Shown here: positions 8,237-18,230 of the stretch, piece after piece | Layout of the letters: every line of letters starts with the position of its first letter | How positions within the stretch are numbered: position 1 is the stretch's first letter | NCBI GenBank assembly: GCA_965218095.1 | Contig: OZ244587.1 | Span: 4,765,203-4,829,202, forward strand | DNA from: Candidatus Poribacteria bacterium | GTDB lineage: Bacteria > Poribacteria > WGA-4E > PCPOR2b | Length of the DNA stretch: 64,000 bases | Reading direction: 5' to 3' | Notes under the pieces: model-generated | What the model saw: the letters and a program-made list of their open reading frames with translations, nothing else | Told to the model about the DNA's origin: nothing | Database searches by the model: none | Position numbers and translations under genes: made by a program

Positions 8237-10330
8237 GTGATTAAACTTAGAGTCAAACCTGTATACTCTCGAAAGGCGGAAGTTGTTCCCATCAAGAACG
8301 GCCCCGAAGGGCTTGAGTTTCGACAACACCAAGTCGAAACCTATAAAGCGATTCAGGATCCAGATGTAGATGTGATCTTCAATAGGGCAATGACCGGTGA
8401 TGGAAAAAGTTTAGCCGCGTATCTTCCCGCGCTGACGGAAGGCAGGTCAATCCTAGCTATGTACCCAACTAACGAATTAATCAAAGATCAAGAACGACAA
8501 GTGCAGGGATACTGCCAGTGGTTTGAGCAAAATATTGCCTGCGACAAGATGTTTGGGGAACGGCTGTACAAACTTCGTGCAGAATTGACAGATCTACGCG
8601 GGCAAAAAGCCGCGATTGAACTTTTGGCTCTAAAGAATCCAATTCTACTCACAAATCCGGATATCTTTAATCTAATCGCCAATTTTCACTATCTGAACCC
8701 CGAATATGAAAACCCAGATCAGTTGGTACAGCACATTATCGACTATTATGATCTGTTTATCTTCGACGAGTTTCATATCTATGATGTCTCGCAGGTCATC
8801 TCTGTTCTGACAACCATGTTGTATTTCATCGAGCAGGGACGTGGCAAATTCAATCAGAAAAAGTTCGTCTTTCTCTCTGCGACACCGAGCCCACTCCTGC
8901 TGGATTGTTTGGAGAAGGTGAATCTCCGATACAAAATCATCGAAGGGTGTTATCAATTCGATGAACTGGATTCAGCGAATTGGGACGGAATCTGCGCGCC
9001 ATTCGACTTACATTTCCACGCAACGGGTCGCCGTACCGAAGAATGGGTCGAAAACCATTATCAGCAAATCGCCGAGTGGTTTGCCGATAATCCGAATTCA
9101 CGTGGGGCAATTATTGTCAACTCGGTTGCAGCGGCGAAACGAATTTCCTTGTTTCTCAAAGAACGAAACGTGGCGGGGGATTTTCCTCTGAACGTTGGCG
9201 AAAATACTGGACTCAGCAGTCGGGAAGAACGACGTTTTGCTCTCCACGAAAGTGACCTGCTCATCGGGACCTCAACGGTAGATGTCGGTGTTGACTTCAA
9301 AATCAACTTTCTTGTCTTTGAGGCGATAGACGCAGGTTCGTGGATTCAAAGGCTTGGACGGCTTGGTCGGCATTCAGAATACGCAACACCTGACGGGGCG
9401 GTTATGAAGTTTGACCGTTTCGTTGCTCACTCGCTTCTGCCCAAATACGTCTACGAACGGATTGAGCAAGTCGTCACGTCGGATTCAGAAATTGACAAAG
9501 GGACTCTGATTGACCTCATGCGAAGTGAGGATGAGAATAAACGGATTTTCTCTCCCATCAACGATTTTCGCAACTATAAAAAGTCTTGGGGTTGGTTGCA
9601 CGCTTCGCATATCATCAACACTTTGGGGCATCCACGATTGCGCGAAAACTATGCACCCCAGCGAGAAAAACTCACGAAGGTCTATACCGACATTTTCGAG
9701 GCGGATATCGAAACGCGAGCAACAAAATGGTATTTCGCTGTTAAAAATAAACGGCCGGAAATCATTGATTCTGCTGTGATTCAATTTCGTGGTGAGACAC
9801 CTTTCACATGTGGAATCATTGATGAAACAGATGGCGAGGTGAAAGACTACAATCTCCTGTGGACGTTAAGCAACGCCGAAGTCGAATTCATGGACAAGAC
9901 GGATTTCATGCAAGAAATCCAATCGCGGGGAATTCCACCCCGTCAGTTTCGGTCCGTTGGCATCTATCTCCGATTACATGGATATCGCTCAGAGCGAGAG
10001 CGTTTTCACCTGACTCAGAGCCGCAAGATTGGGAAGCAGTTTACTGACGAAGATTACCGTCAGTTGCATACGCTCAAGGGGTTTGAGATTGATGGTAATT
10101 TTCCAGAAATTAACAAAATCAATCGTTGGTTGCGCATAAAACCGCATCTTTGCCTTGTTTGTAAAGAGCCGTTGGGTGATTTACGGCGGCTGTTACGTCT
10201 GCCGATGATGTTTTCCATTTTCTCGCTACTTGATCGGGATGGTAACGAATTCAGCGTCGTATTTTCAAAGGACGCGCTCTTGTTACATTCTCAGCCCTAC
10301 ATTTGGGCGAAGGAGGATTCTAATGGCTGA
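8237..10330 (+). CDS. cas3': CRISPR-associated helicase Cas3' (type I-D; no HD domain)
   Basis: GTG start with a GGAGGG RBS. Helicase motif I MTGDGKS, DExH box FDEFH, motif VI QRLGRLGR. No HD motif. First gene of the cas operon. Confidence 0.8.
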   Translation: MIKLRVKPVYSRKAEVVPIKNGPEGLEFRQHQVETYKAIQDPDVDVIFNRAMTGDGKSLAAYLPALTEGRSILAMYPTNELIKDQERQVQGYCQWFEQNIACDKMFGERLYKLRAELTDLRGQKAAIELLALKNPILLTNPDIFNLIANFHYLNPEYENPDQLVQHIIDYYDLFIFDEFHIYDVSQVISVLTTMLYFIEQGRGKFNQKKFVFLSATPSPLLLDCLEKVNLRYKIIEGCYQFDELDSANWDGICAPFDLHFHATGRRTEEWVENHYQQIAEWFADNPNSRGAIIVNSVAAAKRISLFLKERNVAGDFPLNVGENTGLSSREERRFALHESDLLIGTSTVDVGVDFKINFLVFEAIDAGSWIQRLGRLGRHSEYATPDGAVMKFDRFVAHSLLPKYVYERIEQVVTSDSEIDKGTLIDLMRSEDENKRIFSPINDFRNYKKSWGWLHASHIINTLGHPRLRENYAPQREKLTKVYTDIFEADIETRATKWYFAVKNKRPEIIDSAVIQFRGETPFTCGIIDETDGEVKDYNLLWTLSNAEVEFMDKTDFMQEIQSRGIPPRQFRSVGIYLRLHGYRSERERFHLTQSRKIGKQFTDEDYRQLHTLKGFEIDGNFPEINKINRWLRIKPHLCLVCKEPLGDLRRLLRLPMMFSIFSLLDRDGNEFSVVFSKDALLLHSQPYIWAKEDSNG

Positions 10331-13292
10331 ACAACCTCAACCTGATTTCCTGGGGATTTCAGAGAGTTCCCAAGAAACACAAGAAATCCACGCACAAATC
10401 GCATTGCTGAAAAACGCCGTTGACCCAGACGATTTTGTCTTGACAGACTACGTCGAGACAGTTGTACCGCAGATGCTGGACGAATACACGCTCCGTTCAG
10501 CGAAAGGAAGCACGGTTTGGGCGTCCAATCACGACCAAAGTATGCTCGCGCATATTCTCAACGGCATCTTTCCAACGCTCACGATTGTGCGAATTGCCGG
10601 GCAACCGTTGAGTGAACTAGACGAGCGGCTCTACCTGATTGCCTATTCGTTTCATGACATTGACAAACTCATAGACATCCGTGATTTGAGTGTCTCTGAT
10701 GCGGAGAAGTCTGAGCAATTTTACAGCTACCTTGATGAATGGGTTGCGAAACTCCATTTTGATAAATTCTGTCCAGATTACGAAGATTACCGCGGAGACA
10801 TTGCATATCTCATTCTCAACACGCAGAAGAAATACGGTGCAAACCTCAATTTGCAGAGTTACGATTCGCGCCTACCGGGGCGACGACGCCAGTTTTTGCG
10901 GGAGATGTGTACCGCATCAGACCTTATCGCCTATTTTCTGAAGAATCCGAGTGGATTTCGAGAACAGGCGAATGCCCGTGAATCTCTCGTCAAGCTCAGC
11001 GGTGGGAAACTCGAATTCGCCTATCACAAACTCGCTGAGAATCGCGGTATGATTACGAATGTCATCAACAACGCCTTGCTCAGAATCCTGCGTGACCGAT
11101 TGGGATGGAAACCGTTTCTCTTCTTCCCAACAGGTGTCACATATTTGCGAAAGTGGTTAAGCGAAGAGAGCAACTTGCCGACACAGGATGAAATTGCCGA
11201 GGATGTTGAAAAACAGCTCATTGCATACTGCGCCGGGCGATTAGAGGCGAACCTCAACGGATTTACGCGAGATGGGAAGGGATTTAAGTTTCCCGATTAC
11301 TATTACGATTTCTTCCAACTTCCTGAACTACTCCAACTCATTCGCAAAGGATGCTTCAGGATACTGCACGAGAATAAGTCACCCTCTGCTGGGAAGCGAC
11401 TACAGAAGCTGCTTCAACTTCAGAAAAAAGGTGATATTCCCCCTGATGTCAATCTCCATTTTGAAGAGGATATGCGCGTTGACCAACTTGCGGAATATCT
11501 CTACGAAATCGAGAAACACGTTGGCGCAATAACGAGCCGTGAGGCGGTATCTTCTGAGATTATCACGATTTTGGATACGCAAGAATATCAGACTGACTTT
11601 GAAGCGATTCCACGCGATAATCGGGCAGGCGGTGTGCCGCTACATTGGTATTTCCTCGCAGGCAAATACTTGATGAAAAATCTTGGGCTTGATGCGAATC
11701 AGATGGAAGATTTGTTTGCAGACATTGCCAATCAGGTTGTGACAACATTCGAGGGAGAAATTGAACATCGCGAGGTGGAGAAGGAAGGGTTCAGTGTACT
11801 CCGCGAATATGTTCGAGAAATTGTCGATATCAATGGACACAGTGAGATCGAACGCGACTTTGAAGCGGAATTGGACCGATACACAAACACGAAGAAAAAA
11901 GGGCGTGGCTCGAATGCGGGTTGTTCTCTCTGTTCGTCAACGTTTGAAACAAGCAAGCAACGAGACACGTCGGTCATCTTCGCCAACCAAGTCTACAGTA
12001 ACAAGAACTTGCTCAACTCCTCATTGCTCGTCCGCGGCATCTGTGAATTGTGCGAGGTCGAAATGATGCTCCGACAAATCATGATACGCTCGAAATTGCG
12101 GCTCGTGGGCGGTGGGTATGATGACGTCAAAATCAAGTGGCTGTATCTCTATCCGAGCTACTTTTTCACGACAGAGACAGCGAAGTTTGTCGGCAACGCA
12201 TATCGGCAGATGAAGAACTTGAATTTCTTTGACGTGCGGAAAGCGTTACACAAAGGAATGGCAGTGAGGGATTTCATCAATTTAGATGAAATGGTCATTG
12301 ACACCGAAATTCCGAACCCTGACGATGATTATCTGCTCAAGATGGAGTTCGACACCAACGACCTTGCAACCTTCTACTTCTGCGGAATCCCGACGCTCGG
12401 CAAAAGCCCCACCGATACAGAATCGTGGGCATTACCGACTTTTCTCGGTCTGCTTATGCCATTAGTGTTCAATGCGAAGGTCGTTGTGACCGAGTCGCAG
12501 ATTCCACTCTATCACAGCAGCGAGGAGTGGAAAGAGACAGTTGTTCTCAATGCCCCCCATCCGTTTGTGAAGCACATTCTAGGCACAGTCGAAATCCGCA
12601 TTGACCAGATCGAAGCGGCTTTGAAGAAGATTGTTGCTGCCTACGATATGAATATTGATGTATTCCAAAAGGATGGTAAACCGCAGTGGCAACACCTCAA
12701 CGAAATTGGGCGGAACATTGACACAGACCCACTTTACGTTTTTCATTATCTCGAAGCGTTTCGCCGGAAGCAGGGTTGGGACAGTTTCCCCAAACCCCGT
12801 GATGGCGAATCATCAATCCCGGAACGATACATCCAAACTTATCACCATATTGGAGGTGACAAGATGAGTCTCATTGAAGAAGTCGCCAAACGGTGCTTCA
12901 AATTTTACGGACCCGATAACTTCAAGCCGAACAGTGTCTTGAAGGTGATTACGCTGGTTGAAGACGTGATTGTCAACAGCGAGTCGAAAATTAACGCAAC
13001 TGATCTAAAATACCAAGCCATTGGCGAGGTAAGTAACCTGATGCAACGGATTCGGTCAAGTCGTGCCCAAGGCTACGCTCGGCTCCACCCTAGAGATGAA
13101 GAACCATCAGCTATTCACGAATTTGTTGAATATTTTTATAACGTGGTGTTTGCTGAATATTACGATGGCGAGCGCGGTATGCTTCGTCAACGTCGCAACC
13201 GCTTTAATGCGGGTGTCAACGCATGGTATCAGGTAAACTGGCGTCAATTCCAAACGAAAAAGGCAAAGGAGGAAAACAATGCCGACAATTGA
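10323..13292 (+). CDS. cas10d: Type I-D large subunit Cas10d with an N-terminal HD-nuclease-like motif
   Basis: About 990 aa. N-terminal H...HD motifs (MLAHIL ... SFHDIDK). Four-Cys zinc finger (CSLC...CELC). The ATG at 10323 has an AAGGAGG RBS and overlaps the cas3' stop; the ORF track's 10230 start is less likely. Confidence 0.7.
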   Translation: MAEQPQPDFLGISESSQETQEIHAQIALLKNAVDPDDFVLTDYVETVVPQMLDEYTLRSAKGSTVWASNHDQSMLAHILNGIFPTLTIVRIAGQPLSELDERLYLIAYSFHDIDKLIDIRDLSVSDAEKSEQFYSYLDEWVAKLHFDKFCPDYEDYRGDIAYLILNTQKKYGANLNLQSYDSRLPGRRRQFLREMCTASDLIAYFLKNPSGFREQANARESLVKLSGGKLEFAYHKLAENRGMITNVINNALLRILRDRLGWKPFLFFPTGVTYLRKWLSEESNLPTQDEIAEDVEKQLIAYCAGRLEANLNGFTRDGKGFKFPDYYYDFFQLPELLQLIRKGCFRILHENKSPSAGKRLQKLLQLQKKGDIPPDVNLHFEEDMRVDQLAEYLYEIEKHVGAITSREAVSSEIITILDTQEYQTDFEAIPRDNRAGGVPLHWYFLAGKYLMKNLGLDANQMEDLFADIANQVVTTFEGEIEHREVEKEGFSVLREYVREIVDINGHSEIERDFEAELDRYTNTKKKGRGSNAGCSLCSSTFETSKQRDTSVIFANQVYSNKNLLNSSLLVRGICELCEVEMMLRQIMIRSKLRLVGGGYDDVKIKWLYLYPSYFFTTETAKFVGNAYRQMKNLNFFDVRKALHKGMAVRDFINLDEMVIDTEIPNPDDDYLLKMEFDTNDLATFYFCGIPTLGKSPTDTESWALPTFLGLLMPLVFNAKVVVTESQIPLYHSSEEWKETVVLNAPHPFVKHILGTVEIRIDQIEAALKKIVAAYDMNIDVFQKDGKPQWQHLNEIGRNIDTDPLYVFHYLEAFRRKQGWDSFPKPRDGESSIPERYIQTYHHIGGDKMSLIEEVAKRCFKFYGPDNFKPNSVLKVITLVEDVIVNSESKINATDLKYQAIGEVSNLMQRIRSSRAQGYARLHPRDEEPSAIHEFVEYFYNVVFAEYYDGERGMLRQRRNRFNAGVNAWYQVNWRQFQTKKAKEENNADN

Positions 13293-14286
13293 AATTCCGA
13301 AAGAGCTCGTTCCCGAAAATTATTTTTTGAATCGAATTCCGAAAGCCCCAACGGGGCGTTATGCACATCTGATTGTGGTTCGTGAAACAGAGTCGTTTCC
13401 CGTTTTTCAAACAGATGGCACGCTCAACATTGCCAAGGTCAAGGCAGGTTTGCAAAATGGCGATTCGCTCATACGCCTTGCGATGTTCAAGCGGAAACAG
13501 AGTTCGCCAGAGCGACTTACTGGACGCGAATTGCTGAGAAGCACAGGCATTACACAGAATGAAGATGCCGGCGAAGATAACTACTGTGACTACAACGAGC
13601 AGTTCTGTACGACCTGCCCCGACTGCGTTTACTACGGGTTCGCAATCGGTGATTCTGGCTCTGAAAAATCAAAGGTGTATGTTGATACCGCCTATTCGAT
13701 TACAGGCTACGATGAGTCACATCAGCAGTTTTCATTCAACGCGCTGTATGAAAAAGGGAACATGAGTCAGCATGGCGAAGTTCGCTCTAGCTTTGGCGAA
13801 CAAGACCACATCGTACCACAAGTTTTCTTTCCCTCTATCATTACCATTAAGGATGTGATGGTCAACAGTTTTGCCTACGTTTTGAACAACGTGCTACGAA
13901 CGAAACGTTACGGCGCGCAGACGACACGAACCGGACGACTTGCCAATCATATCGTCGGAGCGGTATTTGCTGATGGTGAGATCTTTTCAAATCTTAAATT
14001 CACGCAAGCCATCCACGATGCGTTGGGCAACGACAAGGACGAAACGCCGTTGAATCCTGAGAAAGTTTTTCAAACGGCTCGATTAACCACATCCGAGCTC
14101 TTGAAGGATGACGGTGTGAACTATCATCTACTTGAGGAAGAAAACCTGCAAGAGTTACTTGGCATCGTCAAGTCCGCGACAACGGATGAAGAAAAACTTC
14201 ATCAACTTTTGCAGGAGGCAAACGCCGAGACGCAGGAATACTCCGAACGAGTGATTCAAAAGGCATCAAACAAAAAGAAAAAGTAG
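13279..14286 (+). CDS. csc2: Cas7 backbone subunit (Csc2-type, type I-D)
   Basis: 335 aa. AAGGAGG RBS. Overlaps the cas10d stop. Four-Cys cluster CDYNEQFCTTCPDC. Position and size match Cas7d. Confidence 0.6.
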   Translation: MPTIEIPKELVPENYFLNRIPKAPTGRYAHLIVVRETESFPVFQTDGTLNIAKVKAGLQNGDSLIRLAMFKRKQSSPERLTGRELLRSTGITQNEDAGEDNYCDYNEQFCTTCPDCVYYGFAIGDSGSEKSKVYVDTAYSITGYDESHQQFSFNALYEKGNMSQHGEVRSSFGEQDHIVPQVFFPSIITIKDVMVNSFAYVLNNVLRTKRYGAQTTRTGRLANHIVGAVFADGEIFSNLKFTQAIHDALGNDKDETPLNPEKVFQTARLTTSELLKDDGVNYHLLEEENLQELLGIVKSATTDEEKLHQLLQEANAETQEYSERVIQKASNKKKK

Positions 14287-14295
14287 GAGGGACCG

Positions 14296-14991
14296 ATGCA
14301 AGTCACGAGATGCCGCCTTATCCTGCACGACTCTCTCTACTACGCGACTCGTGAGATGGGGCGACTGTACGAGACGGAGAAGGTCATCCACAATTGGGCG
14401 TTGACGTATGCGCTCGGTTTGATTCAAAAGCCGTATAGATCATTTAACAGCGTTCCAACTTATCAGGAGGACCTCACACCAATCAATGCGGCAGGTGTCT
14501 ATGTGACACCTGCCAAACCGATTCATTATGATTATATAATCAGTACCTTCAAATTCGCGGACAATCGACATCGCCCGTTTTCAACTGTCAGCAATACGCG
14601 AAAAAGGGAGTTGAAGATTACTGTGACGAACAAACCATCTTTCGGCAAGGCGAAGGAACTTGCGCCGGAGAGCGAGTTTGAATTTTTCATCATGGGTAAA
14701 TTGCCCGAACGGGTCCCGAAGTGGATCCGGTTGGGATTGTGGATGAGCAAAGCAAAAATCGAAATCAAAGATCGTCAGGACTTGACCGTTCAACGGGGTC
14801 AATTTACATGTCCTCACTTGTTGAATCCGCTAGATCTTTCAATTCGGCCGCAACTCTATGATCTGATCTCGATGCCGCCGGTGAGTCTTCTTCAAAATGT
14901 GACTTTGACAGGCGAGTACGTTGCGTTTCAGAGAGAGCAAGAAACAGTTTGTTTACCAGCCACAATGAGATATTTTGCAAACTCAACTTAG
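14296..14991 (+). CDS. csc1: Cas5 subunit (Csc1-type, type I-D)
   Basis: 231 aa. TAGGAGGG RBS. Lies between cas7 and cas6 as in I-D operons. Assigned mainly by synteny. Confidence 0.5.
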   Translation: MQVTRCRLILHDSLYYATREMGRLYETEKVIHNWALTYALGLIQKPYRSFNSVPTYQEDLTPINAAGVYVTPAKPIHYDYIISTFKFADNRHRPFSTVSNTRKRELKITVTNKPSFGKAKELAPESEFEFFIMGKLPERVPKWIRLGLWMSKAKIEIKDRQDLTVQRGQFTCPHLLNPLDLSIRPQLYDLISMPPVSLLQNVTLTGEYVAFQREQETVCLPATMRYFANST

Positions 14992-15848
14992 AAAAGTTCA
15001 CCATGCCCATCAGCACCGTTATCTACCTCATCCCCCCCGAAGATGTCACACTTCGTCCGACGATGGGGCATCACGCGCACGCTGCGTTCCTATCGCTGTT
15101 GCGAATTGGCAATCCGGAAAAAGCGGAAGAAATTCACGCCACATCCGCGCAGAAACCGTTTACTGTTTCGCCGCTGATTGGTAAAGGCGAACGACGTGGG
15201 GATTTCCTGCACATCCGCGCTGGAACGGAATGCTGGCTCCGCTTTACGTTCCTCGACGATGAACTCTTCGCCTACTTCGGCAACGCCTTCTTGACACAGC
15301 AACTGCCGTCCATCCGCATCGGACAGGCGATGTTTCAACTCAGCCGATTGAATTCATCTGGGACAGAGGGTAAAGATTGGAGCGGCGCAAGAACCTACGA
15401 AGACCTAATTGAATCTGCGCGGACAGACACTCGGATTCAGATGCGATTCCATTCGCCGACCGCCTTTCGGGAACTGACTCCGCACGGGCGAAAAACACGC
15501 AATCAAGCAAATATTGACCTGCAACGTTGCTATCAGAGTTGGGTCAACAAATGGAATGCCTTCGGACCGATGCAGATTGATAAGCAACGCCTTCTCGATT
15601 TCGTGGTCGGTCACGCCGGGCTGACCACAGTTGAGGCCAAGAGCCGGATGCTCGATTTCGGCAGACATAAGGCGGTCGGATTTGTTGGAAATTGTGCATA
15701 CCAATTTTTCGTGAAGCGTCAATCCGATGATGAGGGTAACATTGAGATGTTACGTTTGGTGAACCTGCTCGCCGATTTCGCCTTTTACTGTGGCACCGGC
15801 TACAAAACGACGATGGGGATGGGACAGACGCGGCGACGACAATCCTGA
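14949..15848 (+). CDS. cas6: Cas6 crRNA endoribonuclease
   Basis: C-terminal glycine-rich loop GTGYKTTMGMGQ typical of Cas6. The start may be the downstream Met at 15003. Confidence 0.75.
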   Translation: MFTSHNEIFCKLNLEKFTMPISTVIYLIPPEDVTLRPTMGHHAHAAFLSLLRIGNPEKAEEIHATSAQKPFTVSPLIGKGERRGDFLHIRAGTECWLRFTFLDDELFAYFGNAFLTQQLPSIRIGQAMFQLSRLNSSGTEGKDWSGARTYEDLIESARTDTRIQMRFHSPTAFRELTPHGRKTRNQANIDLQRCYQSWVNKWNAFGPMQIDKQRLLDFVVGHAGLTTVEAKSRMLDFGRHKAVGFVGNCAYQFFVKRQSDDEGNIEMLRLVNLLADFAFYCGTGYKTTMGMGQTRRRQS

Positions 15849-16208
15849 TCACGAGATTGACATCAGATCGACATCAAGTGCCTCGGCAATCGCCTTCAAC
15901 GTTTTGACGGAACCGGACTTTCGTCCTGTCTCAATCCCCGCTAAATATGCACGTTGAATGCCGGTTTTATCCGCAAGTTGCTTCTGTGTGAGTCCCCGGT
16001 ACTCGCGATACACCTTGATCGGATTCTCCTCATTGAGAATCAGCCGATTAATCACCTCGCCGGGGAAGGTTTCCTCATCAATGGCTTTCGCCCTACGAAA
16101 ATCACGAATGTCTCTAAGCATCTCCGCATCTGCAAGGAGTTGGTCGTAATGCTCTATCGGTACAAGGGCAAATTTCTGACCTTCTATTTCTACTGTTTCA
16201 AGGCTCAT
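15849..16208 (-). CDS. higA: XRE-family HTH antitoxin (HigA-like)
   Basis: HTH LTQKQLADKTGIQRAYLAGIETGRKS. ATGA overlap with the upstream toxin gene. Confidence 0.75.
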   Translation of the reverse strand: MSLETVEIEGQKFALVPIEHYDQLLADAEMLRDIRDFRRAKAIDEETFPGEVINRLILNEENPIKVYREYRGLTQKQLADKTGIQRAYLAGIETGRKSGSVKTLKAIAEALDVDLMSIS

Positions 16209-16462
16209 TTATACACACCGCCTCTCGGTCCAATTTTTACGATTTCAAGTACAAAGGTGTCATCATGGAGTTCATACAGCACTCGCCAGTCACCCACTCT
16301 GAGCCGGTATCCCGGCTCACCTGTTAGGCGTGTTATATTATTGTTCGGCGCGTAAGGATTCTCAGCAAGTTGGTTAATCTTCCCAACAACGGTTTTCGCT
16401 ACATTACTGGGCATCCGCTGGAGCATCTTCATCGCGCTTGCTCGATATCGAATCTGATACAT
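16205..16462 (-). CDS. higB: RelE/ParE-family toxin (HigB-like)
   Basis: ...KLTGEPGYRLRVGDWRVLYELHDDTFVLEIVKIGPRGGVYK is a RelE/ParE signature. The toxin-first order is typical of higBA. The start is set at the internal Met; the ORF track extends to 16501. Confidence 0.75.
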   Translation of the reverse strand: MYQIRYRASAMKMLQRMPSNVAKTVVGKINQLAENPYAPNNNITRLTGEPGYRLRVGDWRVLYELHDDTFVLEIVKIGPRGGVYK

Positions 16463-16547
16463 GATGCCCCTTATTGTAGCTAAAAGCAACCTGAAAATCA
16501 AGCATTTCCGTTACACACCCCGTTCCACAAATCTGGAGTATTAAACC

Positions 16548-18230
16548 ATGTCCGAAACCTACATACCGCTTTCGCAGATAAACACCTATGTCTTCTGCCC
16601 GCGCCGATTCTACTACGAATCCGTTGAGGGCCATCAGGTGATTAACGAGCATGTCGAAGAGGGGAAGATCAAACACGCCCGCGTTGATACGGAGATGAAA
16701 GGTCGCAACGAGCGCGGGGTGAAGGTCTCGCGTCGACAATACCTCGCCTCTGATGCACTTGGTGTCTCCGGTTATCTCGATCTAATTGAAGAGAAGGACG
16801 GTGTGCCGTATCCGGTCGAATACAAGAAAGCCGGCACCGGCAACTGGCTCAACGATCAGGTTCAACTCTGTCTACAAGGGATGCTAATCGAAGAGAGCAC
16901 TGGCATTGAGGCGCCTCACGGCTATATCTACTACATCGGCTCCAAACGCCGCCGAAAGGTGGTCTTTGATGACGAACTGCGGCAGACCAGTCTCGACTTT
17001 GTCTCTAACGCCGAATCGCTGTTGCAGACAAGAAAGATTCCCGAACCGGTCCACGACAACCGGTGTAACGGGTGTAGCGTCCGAGGCATCTGTCTTCCAG
17101 ACGAGGTTGCCTATCTCCATGAATTAGACGATCGACCAAAACGCATCAAACCTGTGCTTGGGATCGATAACGTGCTGTATGTCGATGAAGCGGGCTGTAT
17201 ACTCAAAAAAACTGGGGAACGCCTGCTCGTTGTCAAAGAGGGAGAAACCATCCGCGACATTCCGCTCATCCATCTCGGCCAGGTTGTGCTTTGTGGCAAC
17301 ATCAGTGTGACGACCCCGGTGATGCAAACCCTGCTCAACGAGGGGATTCCGGTTGTTTACCTGTCTGCGTACGGACGCTATCAGGGAACGCTTACGCCGA
17401 AAATCTCCCGAAACTCACTCCTGCGCGTCGCTCAACATCGGATCGCGGATGACCCGGAAAAGTGCCTCGCGCTCGCGAAAGCGTTTGTACATGGCAAAAT
17501 CACGAACATGCGGATGATGCTCCAGCGTCGGAAATGGCGGAACAGAACGACCAACGACAAAGATCTCGATTGCGAAGTTGAAACAAACGGAATCGAAACT
17601 GAGGACAGGCACGCCGACATTTTATCGAGCATTAAGGGACTCGCTGCGATGCGCCGGAAGATTCCCAAAGCGGAACGGCTCCCTGAACTGCTTGGTATTG
17701 AAGGTAACGCCTCTGCCGCGTATTTCCAATCGTTTTCCGCCATGCTCAAACCAGAAATGGGATTTGACTTTGAACGCCGCTCCCGCCGACCACCCGCGGA
17801 TGCGACCAATTCGTTGCTTAGTTTTGCCTACTCGCTATTGACAGCGGATCTGATTTCCGCCATCCAGCTTGTCGGACTCGACCCATACGTGGGGTTCTTC
17901 CATCAACAGAATTACGGGCGTCCCTGCCTCGCATTAGACCTCATGGAGGAGTTCCGTCCGATCATCGCCGATTCAGTTGTGATTACGCTCATCAACAAAC
18001 GGCAGATTAAACCGGATGACTTCACCCAATCGCACGGCGGCTGGTTCCTCAAAGACGCCGCCCGCAAGCGGTTCTACGCCGCCTACGAGGGACGCAAAAA
18101 TGAGACGATTACACACCCTGTCTTCAAGTACAAAATCAACTTTCGCCGTGCAGTCGAATTACAGGTACGATTGCTTGCCAAGTGTCTAATGGGAGAGATT
18201 GAAACCTACACGCCGCTGACAGTTCGATAG
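16548..18230 (+). CDS. cas4-cas1: Cas4-Cas1 fusion protein (adaptation)
   Basis: N-terminal Cas4: Cys in FCPRRFYY plus the C-terminal CNGCSVRGIC cluster (4-Cys Fe-S), and a PD-(D/E)xK core (DLIEE...EYKK). C-terminal about 330 aa is Cas1-like. Confidence 0.85.
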   Translation: MSETYIPLSQINTYVFCPRRFYYESVEGHQVINEHVEEGKIKHARVDTEMKGRNERGVKVSRRQYLASDALGVSGYLDLIEEKDGVPYPVEYKKAGTGNWLNDQVQLCLQGMLIEESTGIEAPHGYIYYIGSKRRRKVVFDDELRQTSLDFVSNAESLLQTRKIPEPVHDNRCNGCSVRGICLPDEVAYLHELDDRPKRIKPVLGIDNVLYVDEAGCILKKTGERLLVVKEGETIRDIPLIHLGQVVLCGNISVTTPVMQTLLNEGIPVVYLSAYGRYQGTLTPKISRNSLLRVAQHRIADDPEKCLALAKAFVHGKITNMRMMLQRRKWRNRTTNDKDLDCEVETNGIETEDRHADILSSIKGLAAMRRKIPKAERLPELLGIEGNASAAYFQSFSAMLKPEMGFDFERRSRRPPADATNSLLSFAYSLLTADLISAIQLVGLDPYVGFFHQQNYGRPCLALDLMEEFRPIIADSVVITLINKRQIKPDDFTQSHGGWFLKDAARKRFYAAYEGRKNETITHPVFKYKINFRRAVELQVRLLAKCLMGEIETYTPLTVR

